This document shows positions 9,416-19,064 of a stretch of 64,000 nucleotides of DNA, piece after piece. Made by a program: the position numbers and the translations under genes. Position 1 is the first letter of the stretch. The number at the start of each line of letters is the position of its first letter. Source of the DNA: Escherichia coli O157:H7 (lineage in GTDB: Bacteria; Pseudomonadota; Gammaproteobacteria; Enterobacterales; Enterobacteriaceae); the NCBI RefSeq assembly GCF_013167455.1, contig NZ_CP038328.1, one strand, 5' to 3'. The notes beneath the pieces were generated by a model that saw nothing but the letters and a program-made list of their open reading frames with translations, was not told where the DNA came from and ran no database searches.

Positions 9416-12066
9416 CGCCCGCTCCCCGATAACATACCGCCATCACGCAACTGCAGCCGGAGCTCATCCTGCGCCCCCTTGCGGGCCATGTCATACACCG
9501 CCTTCATCAGCTGCGGCCCCGCCTGTCCGTTGGTGCCGTCGTTCTGAATCACCACGTGATTGTTCTGATTAAAATTAATACCTTCCGCCCGCCGCATCTG
9601 CGCCGGACTTCCGGCACCACCCACATAACCACCTTCCGCATAGCCGCGCATCAGACGGTAAAGATTCCCCACACCTATCCGGCTGGTTGCCTCTTTCGTG
9701 AAAACAAACTCCCCGCGGTGAACTATCCCCGCAGGCTCATATTTGCCGCCCGTCCCCGTAAATCCTCCGGTCGCGAAATGGAAGTTCGCCGCCGCAGCCT
9801 GAATGGCCGTCCCCGAGGAAGCAGATGCACCACCACCGAAAGCACCGCCAATGGCGCTGCCGATACGCCCGACAATGCCCACCATGGCCTGTTTAAGCAG
9901 GATTTCTGTCATCATGGACAGCACCGAACGGGTGAATCCCCGCCAGTCTGCCTCTGCACCGGTCAGCATCGCCGCCATATTCTGTGCAATACCGTCAAAG
10001 GTCTGCGTGGCAGCACTTTTAACCTGCGAAAAACTGTCCGTCGCACTTTCCGCCCACTCGCCCCAGCCGGACTTCAGCCCGGCCATCCAGCTTCCACGAA
10101 GCTGCTCCTCCGCAGACCTGGTGTTCTTCAGTGCCGATGTGGCCTTCGCCAGCGCAGCCGGATTATCACCGTACACGTCCCGAAGACGCTGCGCTTCAGA
10201 CTCCCGCTGCGCCTGACGGTCAGTGAGACCGCGGGCTTTTGCGCTGATGGCGGCCTGCTTCGCGCTCTGCTGCTCTTCAAACCGCACCGCCTGCTGTGCC
10301 AGCTCATTCAGGCGTTTCTGGTATTCAACCTTGTCGCCCAGCTCAGCCAGCTGGCGTTTGTACTCCAGCGTCTCGTCTTTATGCGCCAGCAGGGATTTTT
10401 CCTGCTCAGATAACTGTCGTTTCGTGGCAGCCTCTTTCAGGACCGCATACTGACTTTCCGCCTTCCATAAATCACGGCGCTGCCGGCTGATTTTCTCATT
10501 CGCACCGCTGTGTTTTTCCAGCGTCCTGAGCTCAGCTTCAAGGGCAAGCAGAGCCTCTCTTGCCTGCTCCTCTTCCCTCTCCCCGGCAGAGCGCGTTTTC
10601 GGTGATGTATGCTTTTTACCTGTCAGCTCTTCAGCCAGACGGCTGACGGCTTCCTGCTGCCCCGGACCTTTGCTGACGCCTGTTGCACGCGAGCGGTTGA
10701 TGTACCCCATTTCCCCCTGGCGTATACGCGCATCCCGTTCCGCAATGGATTTTCTCAGCGCCAGTTCATCGCGTTTTGTTTTCTCAATAAATACGCGGTT
10801 CTCTTCTGCCAGTTCACCAAACAACGCACCAACGCCGGGCACATTCTTTGTCGTTTCCCAGGCTGACTGAATAAATTCAGCCAGCGCCAGATCCCCCTGC
10901 ACAAGCAGCAGCTTCACTTGTTCAACGGTTCCGGCCACCACGTCAGTGATCAGACTGAGTGCCCCCAGTGTATGATCACCTATCCATGCCCATGCGTCAG
11001 AAGTCCAGGTTTTAACATCGTCCCAGATTTTTTCCACCGGCGTGGCCGCTTTATCAAGTTGCTCCAGACGTGCATTCATGACATCCGCAAACAGGGACAT
11101 CGCCTCCGTCACCGCAACCTGTTTACCTTTCGTGCGCTCAAGCTCATCAATATGGCGTAACTGGGAAACGCTCAGGAAGTTATACTGCTGATTCAGGGAG
11201 GCCAGCGCCTTCACCGGATCTGCTGCAATCCCTTCAAAGGCTTTTTCCACCTTCCCGGCATCGTCCCCCACCGTCTGCAGCCATCTCTGAGAGGTTTCCC
11301 CCATGATCCGTAGCTGCCCGGCGGTATATTTCCCGCTTTCTGCCAGACGGGCCAGATTTTCTGCCGCCTGTCTGATACCACCACCGGCTTCATCGCTGAT
11401 CACCCCGGCCATTTTCCACAATTCTGCCGTTGTGGTGGCAGCCGCCCCTCCGGTCAGGATCAGTGAACGCAATAAGGCCCGGTCAGCCTGCTCTGCCTGC
11501 CAGGCGGCGGCAGCAAGCGCGGCCAGTACGGCAACCCCGCCACCGGCCGCCACACGGGCCACCGACATAAATCGTCCCAGCTCACCGGCATTCCGGGCAT
11601 TTTCAGCCAGTGCATTTGCCGTATCTGACAGCGACTCCTCTGATGATTCAGAGGCATCCCTGATCCCGAGAAGTTCCTCCTTCAGCAGGGTAAGCAGGCT
11701 GAGCGGTCCACCGAATGAATCGCTGATCTGCCCCCCCTGCTGCAGCATGATAAGGAAGGGATTCTGACCACCGGCAAGCTGAGTGACAATATCCGTGAAC
11801 TGTGCGGGCAGTGTGCGCATGGCAGCCTTATACTGTCCGACTGATATCCCGGCTTTTTGTGCAGCCAGCGCCTGTCGGCTCAGACTCTGCTCAGCAGCAT
11901 CAGCCTGTTTTCTGAAAGACTGACTGACTTTCCCGGACATCAAATCAGCAAGCGCACTGGTTTCACCCAGCTCTTTTTTTACCCGCGCTGCCTCTTCAGA
12001 AAAACGGGCAGAATCCAGTGTCAGCACGGCTGTCAGATCGGCAAAATTACCTGCCATCGTGGTCAC
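9412..12066 (-). CDS. H: Tail tape measure protein H
   Basis: 884 aa, Ala/Gln/Glu-rich coiled-coil composition; located after G/GT. Confidence 0.85.
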   Translation of the reverse strand: MTTMAGNFADLTAVLTLDSARFSEEAARVKKELGETSALADLMSGKVSQSFRKQADAAEQSLSRQALAAQKAGISVGQYKAAMRTLPAQFTDIVTQLAGGQNPFLIMLQQGGQISDSFGGPLSLLTLLKEELLGIRDASESSEESLSDTANALAENARNAGELGRFMSVARVAAGGGVAVLAALAAAAWQAEQADRALLRSLILTGGAAATTTAELWKMAGVISDEAGGGIRQAAENLARLAESGKYTAGQLRIMGETSQRWLQTVGDDAGKVEKAFEGIAADPVKALASLNQQYNFLSVSQLRHIDELERTKGKQVAVTEAMSLFADVMNARLEQLDKAATPVEKIWDDVKTWTSDAWAWIGDHTLGALSLITDVVAGTVEQVKLLLVQGDLALAEFIQSAWETTKNVPGVGALFGELAEENRVFIEKTKRDELALRKSIAERDARIRQGEMGYINRSRATGVSKGPGQQEAVSRLAEELTGKKHTSPKTRSAGEREEEQAREALLALEAELRTLEKHSGANEKISRQRRDLWKAESQYAVLKEAATKRQLSEQEKSLLAHKDETLEYKRQLAELGDKVEYQKRLNELAQQAVRFEEQQSAKQAAISAKARGLTDRQAQRESEAQRLRDVYGDNPAALAKATSALKNTRSAEEQLRGSWMAGLKSGWGEWAESATDSFSQVKSAATQTFDGIAQNMAAMLTGAEADWRGFTRSVLSMMTEILLKQAMVGIVGRIGSAIGGAFGGGASASSGTAIQAAAANFHFATGGFTGTGGKYEPAGIVHRGEFVFTKEATSRIGVGNLYRLMRGYAEGGYVGGAGSPAQMRRAEGINFNQNNHVVIQNDGTNGQAGPQLMKAVYDMARKGAQDELRLQLRDGGMLSGSGR

Positions 12067-12100
12067 CTCCTGAAATGTCCTCTGATACCATCAATAACTG

Positions 12101-12409
12101 TCACAACCTCCTTCCCTCCTCCCCGAAACGGACTCCACCGGCGAGGCCCGCCGCCTTCTGCATCAGTACATCATTTTCGTCCGGCGTCTCCGCCTGTCCT
12201 TCCTCTGCCTCCGGAGCGAACAGGCTGAAATCCGCCGGATGCATATCCGGATCGCAAAAAAACAGGCTGAGTACGGCGTACATCAGCCCGGAAAAATGCA
12301 TATCCAGCTGGGTATCCTGAAAATAATGCGTGCAGTAAAAACGTCGCCAGTCGGCATATTCGGTGGATGTCATCCCGGCAAGCATGGCGCGCCAGTCGGC
12401 TCTCCCCAT
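12101..12409 (-). CDS. T: T portion of tail assembly chaperone GT (reached by -1 frameshift from G)
   Basis: ORF in the -1 frame relative to G with no RBS of its own; becomes contiguous with G after a shift at the A AAA AAG site. Confidence 0.6.
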   Translation of the reverse strand: MGRADWRAMLAGMTSTEYADWRRFYCTHYFQDTQLDMHFSGLMYAVLSLFFCDPDMHPADFSLFAPEAEEGQAETPDENDVLMQKAAGLAGGVRFGEEGRRL

Positions 12410-12435
12410 CTCACGCGCCAGTTTCAGGACAAAGT

Positions 12436-12858
12436 TCAGCTCGCCTTCGAATGCTTTTTTGATGTTACCGGCTCAGTCGCTTCTGTTTTCCCGGTTGGTT
12501 CAGGATCGGCATCGTGCCGGTTATCCAGCATACCTGAAAGATAAAGCACCCGGTTCGTTGCCTGATTCAGTGCATCAGCAGGCCATCCCAGCATCACTTC
12601 ACGGCGGATCTGCTGCATCTCTGTCTCCGGAGAGGCCAGAGTGCCTTTGAGGGAATGGGAATGCCATAGCGACATCGCCACAAGCAGGGATGCCGTTTCC
12701 AGATATCGCTGGTTAATGTGCACGACATCATGCTTCGTTGTCTCCTGTTGTTCTGCGTCTGAAACAAACTTTATATAATCAAACCGCTGCAGCGCAGACA
12801 ATTCGGAAAGCGTGACGGACACACCGTTATATTCAAATTGTTCTGTTTTCAGAAACAT
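12436..12858 (-). CDS. G: Tail assembly chaperone G
   Basis: 140 aa between V and T; ends just after a slippery heptamer. Confidence 0.75.
   Translation of the reverse strand: MFLKTEQFEYNGVSVTLSELSALQRFDYIKFVSDAEQQETTKHDVVHINQRYLETASLLVAMSLWHSHSLKGTLASPETEMQQIRREVMLGWPADALNQATNRVLYLSGMLDNRHDADPEPTGKTEATEPVTSKKHSKAS
12454..12460 (-). other. Programmed -1 ribosomal frameshift site (A AAA AAG) for the G-T fusion
   Basis: Minus-strand heptamer tcA AAA AAG in the G zero frame, 5 codons before the G stop; the -1 frame reads ...KKAFEGELNFVLKLAREMGRADW... into T. Confidence 0.6.
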
Positions 12859-12871
12859 GTATTACCTCCGT

Positions 12872-13624
12872 TTACCCTGCAGCGCCCGCTTCAGTAACGG
12901 TGACTTCAGCCACTGCGGCGAACTGACCATTTCCGCTCACCACAGGGATCTGCACCTTACCTGTCGCCACGCCGTTTACCGTAATTGTCATATCTTTCAC
13001 ACTAATGGTGGCTTTCGACGGATCGGCGGAAACCGCTCTGAACGTCTTGTCGGTTGCACTTTCCGGCTCAAAAGAAACCGTCAGGGTGGTTGTTTTCCCT
13101 TTTGCCACCGTACCGGATGTCGGTGTCACCTTAATTGCAGTGGCCGGCGTAATTTCGCTGCGTTCTTCCGCCACGGAAGGTTTGCCCACGTTAGTGACTT
13201 TCACCGTGCGGGTGATCACTTCTTTCGCCGTCACGGCCTTACCGATACTGCTGACCCAGCCACGGAACACATCCACCGTGCCATTTGGGAAACGGATTTT
13301 ATAGGCCCGCACATCCCCGCTTTCAAACCAGCCTATAAGCCCTTTCTGACCTTCTTCTCCCGGTTTCCAGGCCAGCGTAAAACTGGTATCTCCTGCAGAC
13401 TTCTGCCCCTGCCCGGTCGCGGTCCAGTCCGCGTCTTCATCATCCAGGTAGTTATCATCGTAGGGTTCTGCCGTCATCTCGCCCGGCGTCAGATCCTTCA
13501 CCTTAGCCAGTCGCTGCCAGTCATCGTCTGACAACGGGTTTGCATAAGCATCACCCTTGCCGTTGTAAACCCACAGAGTGGTACCGGCACCTTTTACCGG
13601 CTCAAGGGGATTTGGTGTTGCCAT
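12872..13624 (-). CDS. V: Major tail protein V with C-terminal Ig-like domain
   Basis: 250 aa; position before G; Thr/Val-rich C-terminus typical of Ig-like tail decoration domains. Confidence 0.85.
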   Translation of the reverse strand: MATPNPLEPVKGAGTTLWVYNGKGDAYANPLSDDDWQRLAKVKDLTPGEMTAEPYDDNYLDDEDADWTATGQGQKSAGDTSFTLAWKPGEEGQKGLIGWFESGDVRAYKIRFPNGTVDVFRGWVSSIGKAVTAKEVITRTVKVTNVGKPSVAEERSEITPATAIKVTPTSGTVAKGKTTTLTVSFEPESATDKTFRAVSADPSKATISVKDMTITVNGVATGKVQIPVVSGNGQFAAVAEVTVTEAGAAG

Positions 13625-13631
13625 ATCGTCC

Positions 13632-14030
13632 TCACATCTCGTAGGTAATTTTCCACAGGAGATCTGCCGATCCCCACATCATAAACTCATCATCCCGGCG
13701 GTAGTCATACCCCTGAAGATTCATCTTCAGCAGTAATGCACTGAGCCCGGGAACTGCCTCCAGCGCAGGAAGAATTTTTTCTTCCATCCACATATCCAGT
13801 GCCGAGTCCGGTTCTTTTGCCCTGAGAAAAACCTCAATATGCAGTGTCGCCTCCCAGGTTCCCTCATCAACGAACTCGTCAGCAGCAGACGCATCTGTCA
13901 GGTAAACAGCAACAGCAGGCAGTTCCTGTTCATCAATAAAAACCGGGCGACCGTCAAACCAGCTCACCCTCTCAGAAATATTTTCTTTCAGGGCAGACAG
14001 AACTGCCGCCCGTATTTCACGGTGTTTCAT
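13632..14030 (-). CDS. U: Tail terminator protein U
   Basis: 132 aa immediately upstream of V. Confidence 0.75.
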   Translation of the reverse strand: MKHREIRAAVLSALKENISERVSWFDGRPVFIDEQELPAVAVYLTDASAADEFVDEGTWEATLHIEVFLRAKEPDSALDMWMEEKILPALEAVPGLSALLLKMNLQGYDYRRDDEFMMWGSADLLWKITYEM

Positions 14031-14042
14031 ACACCCTCCCAG

Positions 14043-14672
14043 TCATTTTCTTTTCAGCACCAGGCGTAACTGATGCGTCATGGCTTTCATCATCTGCGCC
14101 GGTAATTTTTCCCGGTACATCCGGTCCCGTTCACGTTCAAAGGTTTCTGCCAGCGGTCCGGCAGTCGTAATCTTCACCACTTCGATCGGCAGACGGTGGC
14201 GTTTCGGCCTCCCTTTGCTGTCCGCGCCGGTGGATGATGATGCCCACGGCATACGCTGCATCACATGCCAGCGTCCGTTAGCCAGCCGGGTGATAAAGGC
14301 GTCCGGGATCCGTCTTTTCCCCACAATCAGCACACTGCCGCCCCCTTTCAGGGCCGCACGCTGTCCTTTCTTTCTCCGTTTTCTGCGGGAAAGTCGAACG
14401 CGGGCCTCCCCCAGTTTGATGGCGGGCAGGTTGCCGGTATTGATGTAAACCTTTGCGTAAACCTTATCCGGTCGTGCCGGACTTAACCGGATGCGGGCAC
14501 GGATAAGACGACGGGGAACGGCCAGCTCCCTGGCAACTGAAGAGGCCGTTTTCGCAATAATGGCCCCCGCCACTCGGTTCAGTGTCGTGGCAGAGGCCCG
14601 GGGAACGGCACGGCGATCAATTGCATCCAGATTTTTCATGGCCTGCGCCAGACCTTTTATTGCCATACTCAT
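14043..14672 (-). CDS. Z: Tail completion protein Z-like
   Basis: 209 aa basic protein between the head-tail adaptor and U. Confidence 0.65.
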   Translation of the reverse strand: MSMAIKGLAQAMKNLDAIDRRAVPRASATTLNRVAGAIIAKTASSVARELAVPRRLIRARIRLSPARPDKVYAKVYINTGNLPAIKLGEARVRLSRRKRRKKGQRAALKGGGSVLIVGKRRIPDAFITRLANGRWHVMQRMPWASSSTGADSKGRPKRHRLPIEVVKITTAGPLAETFERERDRMYREKLPAQMMKAMTHQLRLVLKRK

Positions 14673-14950
14673 TCCTGTTCGACAAAAATCCGGGGTTTAC
14701 CGTTGTACGTGTCATAACGGGTCACCGTCAGTGTGCGCCCCGCAAACACAACAACATCATGACGGGCCGGACGGTACCGGGCTGAAAACACCACCAGTGA
14801 CAACTGGCTGCCCGAAAGCGCCCCCATCTCCGCGGACTCTTCCTCCGGCATCACGTCGTACACGACGCCGTTAATCTCCGCCTGTTTGCCCATCACCCGA
14901 ACGGTCGCCACGTCCATCCGGCAACACATTCGCGTAAACAGATCAGACAT
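14669..14950 (-). CDS. Putative head-tail joining protein (FII-like)
   Basis: 93-aa ORF with overlapping start/stop in the head-to-tail junction position. Confidence 0.45.
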   Translation of the reverse strand: MSDLFTRMCCRMDVATVRVMGKQAEINGVVYDVMPEEESAEMGALSGSQLSLVVFSARYRPARHDVVVFAGRTLTVTRYDTYNGKPRIFVEQE

Positions 14951-15269
14951 TGATTTTTACCGCCACAGTGGCGCTGTTTGCAGGGGCATTTTCCCAGGCT
15001 ACCCCCGCTGCCACCGCACCGTCTGCAGCCAGCTGCACAACCCCGTCCTTCAGATAAACCACCGCGCCGGACTGAATGTCGTCAGCAGACTGTTTGGGCA
15101 GCAGGAACACGCCTTCGGCAAAACCGTCACCGGCCTCACCGGCAGGAATATCGGTAATGGCCACGGCCACCATACTGCCGACCACCACCGCAGCACCGCT
15201 CAGGATGGTCTGATCTCCGGCATTCACCAGTTCAATGGTGGTACCGTCCTGTACAAAATTTTTCGCCAT
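14943..15269 (-). CDS. Putative head decoration/cement protein
   Basis: 108 aa, Ala/Val/Gly-rich, directly after the capsid gene. Confidence 0.45.
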   Translation of the reverse strand: MAKNFVQDGTTIELVNAGDQTILSGAAVVVGSMVAVAITDIPAGEAGDGFAEGVFLLPKQSADDIQSGAVVYLKDGVVQLAADGAVAAGVAWENAPANSATVAVKINV

Positions 15270-15356
15270 AATGCTGTTTCTCCGGACAGCCCCTGTGGGG
15301 CTGTTTTTCAGGCATAAAAAAAGCCCTTTCGGGCAGTGATTGTGATAACGCGGTTA

Positions 15357-17336
15357 TCAGGCCACCGACGAACGCACCAGCCCGCGCCAGTCAAGTGGTG
15401 CCACTCCGGCATCAATACGGATTTTTGTGGCAATGCCGTCAGTGGTGAAACCTTCCTGCTGATCAATGTATGGCGTGTCCACACCATCCAGCCAGGCCAC
15501 TTCAATGGTGTCAGTGCCCTGTGCCGCCGCCAGATACCAGGTTTTCGGGTCTGCCGCATCAAGACGCGCTTCTGCAATCACCTCAGCAAAGTTCTGGATA
15601 GGGTTAATGACACCGGCGTTTGCATCCGCCCCTTTCACACTGGCCGATTTGATGGTCTGGTTCGCCACCGTCTCCAGTGCCACCGGTACCAGCATAAAGG
15701 CCGGACGGATATTCAGGGCACGATCGCCTTCTTTCTGCAGGCGCATCATCTGACGGGCCGCATCCAGTCCGGAAACGGAGATCCCCCCGGTGGCAATATT
15801 TTTGTGATCGGCATGGAACAGCGCCTTACCGTCGGACAGTTTCGGGTTATCCGTCAGCACCTTGTAGACCAGGTCACCAATCGTTGCCTTCGCCGCACGC
15901 CCCATCTTCATCGGCACGTCCACCAGCATATTCAGATCATCATTGATAATGGCCTGGCGGGTGATGGAGAAAATCTCCCCGTAAGTGGCCAGTGCAATGG
16001 TCTCCTTGCGATCTGAGGTGGTGATGTATTTATACTCCGCCCCCTCACGAACCTGGCGCAGAGAACCAAAACCGCCCATCCCCACGCGATACGCTGTTTT
16101 GAAGTCTGACAGGCGTCCCTTACGGGTCCACTTCTGGAAGGTTTCTTCTGATTCCTCCCAGCCCTGGATCAGCCCCTTGTTCGACACATCCAGCAGAATA
16201 TTGCCAAAATCAGAGGTGCTGTGCGTCAGCGCCAGCCCGACCATCTGCATGGGGTTATAACTGGCCACCCCAATACCGCGCTCCGTCAGTGACATGCGAG
16301 CCCATTCACGCAGGGTCATCCCGTTATAGGCGTTATCCTTCTCGACATTTTCAAATCCGGCACGGGCCAGCATCGCCTGGCGGATCCCGTCCCCCACAAA
16401 ATTGCCGTTTCCGGCATAAATATGGGCCGGTGTATTTTTGTTGGTCGGCGAGGACTCCTTGCCCATTTCATTCAGCAGACGTTCACGGGCCATTTCCAGC
16501 GAACAGTCAGGATCAGCCACGCACTGTGCCTGAAGCGTCTGATAGCGACCGCCGAACATGGCAAACAGATCGTTAATGCCTGACATGCGGGCTTTCTGCT
16601 CAGCCATAACGCGGGCGCGAATGGTCGCCTCATCAGACACTGCCGGTACCGGTGATGGTTCTGTTACCGCCGGTGCAGGGATTGTCACTGTGGTATCACG
16701 CGGGGCACTGTTGCGTGGCGGAGTAATCATGTTTCGGATGGATTCCGGCATCTTTTTAAATTCCTCTGTACGTTTTGACTGAATACATGCCATTGCCTCA
16801 ACAGCGGGTGTCACCTGGTCAGCAAATCCGTGTGCCAGACATTCGGCACCGGACATCCAGGTTTCATCCGCCAGCATGGCGGCAATTTCATCGGTGGTTT
16901 TTCCGGTTTTCTGCGCATAGGCTGGCAACAGTACCGATTCGACTTTATCCAGCAAATCGGCATAACTGCGCATATCCTCAGCATCCCCGCCACTGAATCC
17001 CCATGGCTTATGGATCATCATGAAGGCATTTTCCGGCATAATGACCGTATCACCGGCCATCGCAATCACAGATGCCATCGAGGCGGCAACGCCATCCACA
17101 TACACGGTAATGGTCGCCCCCTGATTTTTCAGGGCATTAAAAATGGCGATGCCTTCAAAGACATCGCCACCCGGTGAATTGATATGGAGATTAATGTGGG
17201 TGATATCACCCAGTGCATTCAGTTCGCTGACAAACTGCTTCGCGGTAACTCCCCAGAAACCAATCTCGTCATAAATATAAATATCCGCGTCACCCGGCCC
17301 CCCAGCTTGCATCCTGAACCAGGATTTATTCTTCAT
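15357..17336 (-). CDS. Prohead protease (ClpP/S49-like) fused to major capsid protein
   Basis: N-terminal region (INSPGGDVFEGIAIFNALKN...MAGDTVIMPENAFMMIHKPWG) resembles ClpP-family serine proteases; long C-terminal domain in the capsid position; start chosen at MKNKSWF just after the portal stop. Confidence 0.8.
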   Translation of the reverse strand: MKNKSWFRMQAGGPGDADIYIYDEIGFWGVTAKQFVSELNALGDITHINLHINSPGGDVFEGIAIFNALKNQGATITVYVDGVAASMASVIAMAGDTVIMPENAFMMIHKPWGFSGGDAEDMRSYADLLDKVESVLLPAYAQKTGKTTDEIAAMLADETWMSGAECLAHGFADQVTPAVEAMACIQSKRTEEFKKMPESIRNMITPPRNSAPRDTTVTIPAPAVTEPSPVPAVSDEATIRARVMAEQKARMSGINDLFAMFGGRYQTLQAQCVADPDCSLEMARERLLNEMGKESSPTNKNTPAHIYAGNGNFVGDGIRQAMLARAGFENVEKDNAYNGMTLREWARMSLTERGIGVASYNPMQMVGLALTHSTSDFGNILLDVSNKGLIQGWEESEETFQKWTRKGRLSDFKTAYRVGMGGFGSLRQVREGAEYKYITTSDRKETIALATYGEIFSITRQAIINDDLNMLVDVPMKMGRAAKATIGDLVYKVLTDNPKLSDGKALFHADHKNIATGGISVSGLDAARQMMRLQKEGDRALNIRPAFMLVPVALETVANQTIKSASVKGADANAGVINPIQNFAEVIAEARLDAADPKTWYLAAAQGTDTIEVAWLDGVDTPYIDQQEGFTTDGIATKIRIDAGVAPLDWRGLVRSSVA

Positions 17337-18828
17337 GCTGGCTTTCGGTGTCGCGCTGATACTGTCGTTCAGTTCCGGCACTGTTGCCTCCTTTGTCGTT
17401 GACGGGGTCAGTATCAAAGACCAGCCCCAGTCTGCTGTTTTCATCAATTTCAGCCTTGCGGCGACGTTTGACCTCATCCGGATTGCGCCCACCGGCACGC
17501 ACCCAGTCAGATTCTGTCGCTGCACCACCCCGGATCTGAATTCTCCAGGCTTCAGCTTCCTTAACCGGGTCGATCCACGGCATCACCGGACCGGAATACG
17601 TCGCGTTATATAGCGTTTTCATCTCCACATCCGCCGGAATTTTCAGCAGACCTGCCGCAACCACCATATTCAGCCATGTCCGGTACACCGGGCGGGTTAC
17701 CGCGCCAATAAAACAGTCCTGCAGGATCAGGTAACCATCCGTGGACTCGACCAGCTCCTGCCGCTGGGCGCTGTAGGTGCCGTTATAGTTACGCGCCGCA
17801 CTGGAAAAACTCAGACGACTGCCTGCTGCCACTGCACGCAACTGGCCGTTGCGGAAAGTTTCAAGGTTGGGATTGGGACGGTCAGATTTGACCATGCCGA
17901 TATCCTCGCCCTTGCGCAAATCGTCATAAATAATACCCGGGGTGATATGGACTTCCCGCTCGGTCTCTTTGATCCCCGGATCTTCATAGTCCTGTCCGTC
18001 ACCTTTACGGATATACAGTCCCAGCGCCGCAGCAATACGCGCCGCTGTCAGTTCCGCATCCTCATACTCCTTAAGGGCACTGATCCGCATCAGCACCCCC
18101 GATAACATGGATGAGCCTCGCGTCTGATGCAGACGACGAGTGAACTTCAGGTGGATCATTTTTCCGGCAGCGATTTCTTTCGTATCACTCTGCCGGCCGC
18201 TGACCGGATAATTTTTATAAACCAGATATTTTTTCGGTCTTCCCCACTCATCAAGAAAAACCCCCTGATTCAGTCCGGCGGATTCATCAGTGCGCATGGG
18301 AACAAAATCCGGCTCCATCGCCTCAAGCCAGAATGGCACTCCCGCCGTCCGTTCCAGACCGTTTCCCGCACCACTGACCATCTGCGCAAACACTTCACCA
18401 TCCCGCAGCCAGGTCCGCAGCAGTAAACGTTCAAGCACAGGACGGGTATACTGCCCTGTCACATCCGGACTCACGGACCATTCAGCCCACAAACGGCGGA
18501 TATCCGCAGCCAGCTCAGCCGCCATTTCCCCGTTTTTTCGTAATGGCTGAGGCTCCACAATAATTCCCCTGGCACCAATCACCCGCTCTTCCAGCTTGTC
18601 AAACACACCAATCACCAGGTCATGATTGATATCCAGAAAACGGGCCTGCTCCCGCAGGGAAACCGCACCGTATTTACTGAGCTGATCAGCAGAGCGATTT
18701 TCCCGCCGGGCTTTATGTGTCCGGGTCGGTTTCACCGCCTCATAGGCCATGATTAACGCCCTTGAACGCAGTCTGGCTGCTTTCCACCCGGGGGAAAACA
18801 CGCCGATCACATCATCAATAATTGCCAT
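17326..18828 (-). CDS. B: Portal protein (lambda B family)
   Basis: 500 aa between gpW and the capsid-protease gene. Confidence 0.85.
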   Translation of the reverse strand: MAIIDDVIGVFSPGWKAARLRSRALIMAYEAVKPTRTHKARRENRSADQLSKYGAVSLREQARFLDINHDLVIGVFDKLEERVIGARGIIVEPQPLRKNGEMAAELAADIRRLWAEWSVSPDVTGQYTRPVLERLLLRTWLRDGEVFAQMVSGAGNGLERTAGVPFWLEAMEPDFVPMRTDESAGLNQGVFLDEWGRPKKYLVYKNYPVSGRQSDTKEIAAGKMIHLKFTRRLHQTRGSSMLSGVLMRISALKEYEDAELTAARIAAALGLYIRKGDGQDYEDPGIKETEREVHITPGIIYDDLRKGEDIGMVKSDRPNPNLETFRNGQLRAVAAGSRLSFSSAARNYNGTYSAQRQELVESTDGYLILQDCFIGAVTRPVYRTWLNMVVAAGLLKIPADVEMKTLYNATYSGPVMPWIDPVKEAEAWRIQIRGGAATESDWVRAGGRNPDEVKRRRKAEIDENSRLGLVFDTDPVNDKGGNSAGTERQYQRDTESQHEE

Positions 18829-19064
18829 TAAAACCTCGCCAGTTTAAATCCCGGTTTTCCCCGCCTGCGGCTCACCATCGCGGCAAGCCTGCGTTCCCAC
18901 TCCTGACGTCCGGCGCGGATCTGAGAAAGGCTTTCCAGCGTCAGTTGCTGCCCGTTGAAGATGACAGACTTTCCCTCCAGTACGGCCATTTCCGCTTCAC
19001 GGTACCGCTGTATCATTTCTCTGGCTTCTTCTGTGCTCACAACCAGCCTCCTGATGTTATCCAT
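18828..19064 (-). CDS. W: Head-tail joining protein W-like
   Basis: 78-aa ORF between terminase large subunit and portal. Confidence 0.55.
   Translation of the reverse strand: MDNIRRLVVSTEEAREMIQRYREAEMAVLEGKSVIFNGQQLTLESLSQIRAGRQEWERRLAAMVSRRRGKPGFKLARF

Noticed and set aside
9556-10413. 285-aa plus-strand ORF inside the tape measure gene
   Set aside because: Antisense to H; Arg-rich artefact.
12812-13531. 239-aa plus-strand ORF opposite the major tail protein gene
   Set aside because: Antisense to V; Cys/His/Arg-rich composition.
15336-16016. 226-aa plus-strand ORF opposite the capsid gene
   Set aside because: Antisense to the protease-capsid fusion gene.
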